From Bacteroidales bacterium (lineage in GTDB: Bacteria; Bacteroidota; Bacteroidia; Bacteroidales; UBA932), in assembly GCA_015060385.1 (NCBI GenBank), contig SUYO01000005.1, positions 55,244 to 119,243 on the forward strand: a stretch of DNA of 64,000 bases, read 5' to 3'. The stretch's first letter is position 1. Each line of letters opens with the position of its first letter. A model generated the notes under the pieces. The model was given only the letters and a program-made list of their open reading frames with translations, did no database searches and was not told where the DNA came from. A program made the translations under genes and the position numbers. Below, one piece after another: positions 60,241 to 64,000 of this stretch.

Positions 60241-61458
60241 ATGGGAGAAATATTGGAACTTATAAACAGGATGTCACCATACATCCTTCTTGGATTCTTT
60301 CTGGCGGGAATCATGCACACATTCGTACCCGCCGCTCTTTATCATAAATATCTCGGAAGAAAGTCATTCAGGTCGGTACTGAACGCAGCAATACTGGGCA
60401 TCCCCATTCCGCTCTGCTCTTGCGGTGTGATCCCGACAGCCATGTCCCTCAGGAAGGAAGGGGCATCCAAGGGGGCTACGGTCTCATTCCTTATCGCAAC
60501 ACCACAGACCGGAGTGGATTCGATAATCGCGACCTACTCTTTGATGGGACTTCCTTTTGCCCTTCTCAGACCTCTGGCAGCCCTGTTTACCTCGCTTTTC
60601 GGAGGACAGATGGTGAACATCTTCGATAAGGACAAGGAGGAAAAGGCTGAAAATATGGCGGCTCCGGTTGCGACGAAGTCTTCTTTCGGAGCCAAGGTCG
60701 TCGAGGTGTTCAGATATGCATATATAGAGATGATGCAGGACATAGGAAGATGGCTGATCGTAGGACTGGTCGTTGCCGGCCTCATCACGGTCTTCGTCCC
60801 TCAGTCCTTCTTCGCCCTGTTCTCGGACAATTCCCTGCTGAGCATGCTCATAGTACTGGTGTTCGCAATCCCGATGTACCTCTGCGCCACAGGCTCCATT
60901 CCGATCGCCGTGGCCCTTATGATGAAGGGACTTTCTCCGGGAACTGCACTTGTGCTGCTGATGGCAGGTCCTGCGGTTAATGCCGCATCCATGCTCGTTG
61001 TAGGCAAGGTACTCGGAAGGAAGACCTTGCTCATATATATCCTGTCCATCGTCCTCGGTTCCATCCTTTTCGGCCTCGGCATCGACTACCTCCTCCCGAG
61101 GGAGTGGTTTACAGCCACAGTCACCGAAATGGCCTCCGCTTCCGGAACTTCGGTCTTCAACATGATATGTACCGCAGTCCTGCTTGTCCTGCTCTCTGTG
61201 GCCATGTTCCTGCGTTTCCGGCAGAACAGGAAGTGTACTGACGAAGCTTGTGTCAGAAATGAACATCTGTACAAGGTAGAAGGGCTCAGGTGCAACAGAT
61301 GCAGGGAAAATGCGGAAAAGGCAATCGCTTCCATACCGGGAGTCGAGAGCGTATCGATAGATCTTGCAAGCGGCGACGCGCTTGTGAAAGGAAAATTTGA
61401 CGAAGAATCCATGACAAAGGCGGTTGAGGCTCTGGGATTCAAGGTCATCAGGCAATAA
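60241..61458 (+). CDS. ArsP/SO_0444-type permease with a C-terminal heavy-metal-associated domain
   Basis: PLCSCGVIP, ATPQTGVDS and MYLCATGS motifs; HMA motif GLRCNRC. Confidence 0.88.
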   Translation: MGEILELINRMSPYILLGFFLAGIMHTFVPAALYHKYLGRKSFRSVLNAAILGIPIPLCSCGVIPTAMSLRKEGASKGATVSFLIATPQTGVDSIIATYSLMGLPFALLRPLAALFTSLFGGQMVNIFDKDKEEKAENMAAPVATKSSFGAKVVEVFRYAYIEMMQDIGRWLIVGLVVAGLITVFVPQSFFALFSDNSLLSMLIVLVFAIPMYLCATGSIPIAVALMMKGLSPGTALVLLMAGPAVNAASMLVVGKVLGRKTLLIYILSIVLGSILFGLGIDYLLPREWFTATVTEMASASGTSVFNMICTAVLLVLLSVAMFLRFRQNRKCTDEACVRNEHLYKVEGLRCNRCRENAEKAIASIPGVESVSIDLASGDALVKGKFDEESMTKAVEALGFKVIRQ

Positions 61459-61476
61459 TTATAGATTTTTTGGAAT

Positions 61477-61767
61477 ATGAACTTTACAGGAATAATAATA
61501 GGACTGGCAACCTTTCTTGCCATCGGCCTTTTCCACCCTCTTGTGATAAAGGCGGAGTATTATCTTGGATCCAGGTGCTGGTGGATGTTCCTTGTGGCAG
61601 GAATCCTTTTCGGAGCCGCATCGCTTCTGGTTGAGAATATCATCCTTTCGACCATCCTCGGAGTGGTTGCCTTCTCGTCTTTCTGGAGCATACACGAGCT
61701 TGTCCAGCAGAGGGAACGCGTAAGAAAAGGATGGTTCCCTGAAGGACCGGGACACAGAAAGCAATAA
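61477..61767 (+). CDS. DUF4491-family membrane protein
   Basis: IGLFHPLVIKAEYY and WSIHEL..Q..RV.KGWFP motifs. Confidence 0.8.
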   Translation: MNFTGIIIGLATFLAIGLFHPLVIKAEYYLGSRCWWMFLVAGILFGAASLLVENIILSTILGVVAFSSFWSIHELVQQRERVRKGWFPEGPGHRKQ

Positions 61768-61806
61768 TTTGCTTATCTTTACAATTCAAACAATAATCAA
61801 TCAGTT

Positions 61807-62007
61807 ATGGAACGCAGAATCGCGAAGATCGTCCGTCTTGTAATCATGGCCGCAGCTCTTGTGGCCCTGATAGTATTCATGATACTTCATGTCCGTGCAG
61901 GCCTGGGAACGCAGATTTCCAAACTCTATCTCGGACTCTACATCATGCTGACGCTTTGGGCCGCCGCCCGCGTCTTCACGCTTTCCAAGGATCTGTTTCA
62001 GAAATAA
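61807..62007 (+). CDS. Small two-helix membrane protein
   Basis: 66 aa with two hydrophobic segments; 6 bp before the GH43 gene. Confidence 0.6.
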   Translation: MERRIAKIVRLVIMAAALVALIVFMILHVRAGLGTQISKLYLGLYIMLTLWAAARVFTLSKDLFQK

Positions 62008-62013
62008 CCGCAT

Positions 62014-63615
62014 ATGAAGAAGACCAGTATGATCATGCTTGCAGGAGTGCTTGCATGTGCGGGCGCATTTGCCCAGAACCCGTATCTTCCGTTGTGGGAG
62101 TATATCCCTGACGGCGAACCTTATCTGTTTGAAGACCCTGACAATCCGGGAAAGATGAGGGTATATGTCTATGGATCCCATGACTCCCTGATAAAGGCGT
62201 ACTGCGGACGTGAACAGGTTGTATGGTCTGCTCCCGAGGATGACCTGACTGCCTGGAGGTACGACGGAGTGATCTTCGAATCAAAGAAGGATGCGGAAGG
62301 CAACTGGCTGTATGACAACCGTCAGGGAGACATCCTCTATGCTCCTGACGTGACCGTAAGGGAGGAGGACGGAAAGAAGGTCTACTACCTTTTCCCTAAC
62401 AATCAGGCGAGGGGACGCAAGAGCATGATCGCCAGGTCCGACCGTCCCGACGGTCCGTTCGAAGTCTGCAACTGGGACGCCGAGAACCCTGCCAGGACAG
62501 TAGGAGTCCTTGATTTCGATCCGGCTGTGTTTGTCGATGACGACGGCAAGGTCTACGGATACTGGGGCTTCGAAAGATCATACGGTGCGGAGCTCGACCC
62601 TCATACCATGGCAACCGTGAAGCCTGGCACCGAGATCGTTACGGATATGGTCTCAGCGAGGAATCAGGAGGGGGTCTTCCGTTTTTTCGAGGCTTCGTCC
62701 ATGCGCAAGATAAAGGACAAATATGTGTTCGTGTACAGCCGATGGACGGAGGAAGGGGAGTTCGGACTTCCGTCTACAAACTATACCCTGGCCTATGCAT
62801 GGTCTGATTCTCCGCTTGGCCCGTTCACATACGGCGGAACCATCATCGACGGCCGTGGCCGCACTGTCGGTCCTGATGGCAAGGTCATCGAGACAGCCAC
62901 TCCGAGCGGAAACACCCACGGAGGTATCCTCGAAGTCGGGGGACAGTGGTATGTCTTCTACCACCGTCAGTGCGGAACCGACGAATACTCACGTCAGGCC
63001 ATGGTGGCACCGATCGAGGTCGAAGTGACTGAAGGCCCGGGTGGCAAGGTCGTGATTTCCGATGGTGAATACACATCAGAGGGCTTCGCAAAGGAAGGTC
63101 TCGACCCGCTGAAGAAATATTCGGCCGGCATCGCCTGCTGGTACACCGGTCCTGAGCGCGCAAGGCAGGAATATCCTAACTTCATATTTTCCGGTTCATA
63201 TGTAAAGCCTCTGCGTCCTGATGTTTCTGGTCATAAGGATCCATATGACCTGAAGATCAACTCCAATCCTGTAGTCAACAATACCAATGGATCCGTCGTC
63301 GGTTACAAGTACTTCAACTTCGACAAGACCCATGGACTTGCCAAAGGTCTTGAAATCGAACTCGAAGTCGTTCCTGAGGGTACTGACGGCATTATCGACA
63401 TAATGGTTGACAGTCCGTGGACTGCATGCGGCGGCAGGAAGGTCGGCAGCATAAGCGTTGCCAAGGAGATGCCTCTCAAGGCCAGGACCCTCTCGGCCGA
63501 TGTCTCTTCGCTCATCGCCCTCGAGGGCAAGCACGCCATCTACCTGGTAATCTCCTCGGAAGTTGACGGACAGTCAGTCTGCGAAATCCGCACGATCGGC
63601 TTCTCCAGGAAGTAA
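62014..63615 (+). CDS. Glycoside hydrolase family 43 with a C-terminal CBM6-like domain
   Basis: NPYLPLWEYIPDGEP, YGSHD, YAPD, FDPAVFVDDDG, FFEASS, GNTHG and GYKYFNF motifs. Confidence 0.88.
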   Translation: MKKTSMIMLAGVLACAGAFAQNPYLPLWEYIPDGEPYLFEDPDNPGKMRVYVYGSHDSLIKAYCGREQVVWSAPEDDLTAWRYDGVIFESKKDAEGNWLYDNRQGDILYAPDVTVREEDGKKVYYLFPNNQARGRKSMIARSDRPDGPFEVCNWDAENPARTVGVLDFDPAVFVDDDGKVYGYWGFERSYGAELDPHTMATVKPGTEIVTDMVSARNQEGVFRFFEASSMRKIKDKYVFVYSRWTEEGEFGLPSTNYTLAYAWSDSPLGPFTYGGTIIDGRGRTVGPDGKVIETATPSGNTHGGILEVGGQWYVFYHRQCGTDEYSRQAMVAPIEVEVTEGPGGKVVISDGEYTSEGFAKEGLDPLKKYSAGIACWYTGPERARQEYPNFIFSGSYVKPLRPDVSGHKDPYDLKINSNPVVNNTNGSVVGYKYFNFDKTHGLAKGLEIELEVVPEGTDGIIDIMVDSPWTACGGRKVGSISVAKEMPLKARTLSADVSSLIALEGKHAIYLVISSEVDGQSVCEIRTIGFSRK

Positions 63616-63682
63616 CCGGCAGCCCCTTATAACATAATCCGCAGCTTTCCCTTTTTGAATTATCCCACTGAAACGGTGTGTA

Positions 63683-63808
63683 TTGTGCGCTGAGTGCATA
63701 AATTATAAGAGTCAGTACACGGAAGTTTTCTGTAAGTTATTGAATTTAAACGCTTTATAAATAATAGTTGTGCGCTGAGTGCAAGAAAATCTGCACTCAG
63801 CGCACAAC
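63683..63808. repeat. Degenerate hairpin - 25-bp core - hairpin intergenic element
   Basis: TTGTGCGCTGAGTGCA at 63683 and 63768; core TAAGTTATTGAATTTAAACGCTTTA (63733-63757); 17-bp stem 63767-63783/63792-63808. Confidence 0.7.
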
Positions 63809-63859
63809 GTTATCTTCCGGAGCATTTTCCGGATATCTATACTTGTCTTCTACCAGAGG

Positions 63860-64000
63860 CTACTTGTCACGGACGGTGATCTGACCATCTGCAACATCGA
63901 CGAGGATGACGGAGTCGCGACGGACGTGACCGTCAAGGATGGACTTGGCAAGGAGGTTTATGAGTTCCTTCTGCATGAGACGCTTGATAGGGCGTGCACC
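63860..64000 (-). CDS. clpB: C-terminus of a ClpB/ClpC-type AAA+ chaperone (continues outside the window)
   Basis: Hand translation GARPIKRLMQKELINLLAKSILDGHVRRDSVILVDVADGQITVRDK*; the GARP sensor-2 motif is present. Confidence 0.8.
   Translation of the reverse strand, partial: GARPIKRLMQKELINLLAKSILDGHVRRDSVILVDVADGQITVRDK

Overview
This is a chromosomal core-genome window from a Bacteroidales bacterium, judged by TAnnTTTG promoters and the Bacteroidetes-type GlyQS, FrdAB and coaX-lptC gene order. It probably spans the replication origin: there are three parS palindromes at 4.0-6.3 kb, an AT-rich ruvB/mfd intergenic region with repeated DnaA-box-like 9-mers, and a switch in gene orientation at about 16.7 kb. 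About 55 CDS are present, mostly housekeeping (glyQS, folK, sufS/E/T, ruvA/B, mnmG, ybeY, hflX, frdAB, mfd, coaX, lptC, ychF, galK, dnaE, secDF, floA, clpB end), plus one tRNA-Ser(GCT). I found no integrase, transposase, CRISPR array or reverse transcriptase. The unexplained structure is mostly small and non-coding: (1) a 130-nt structured RNA candidate with a perfect 23-bp closing stem and a pseudoknot (26242-26371); (2) a 112-bp tandem array of tRNA-minihelix-like units plus hairpins after tRNA-Ser; (3) an ORF6N-PLD gene cassette bracketed by a 93-bp duplication of the galK 3' end that differs only at synonymous sites; (4) a recurring 25-bp TAA...TTA core flanked by locus-specific hairpins; (5) an unannotated 35-aa YxxP peptide upstream of an adhesin-like lipoprotein; (6) an AT-rich ~70-aa MnmG insertion that starts at a parS; (7) a divergent pair of apparently catalytically dead enzymes (ThiL-like and EEP-like). 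All calls come from reading the sequence; no database searches were run.
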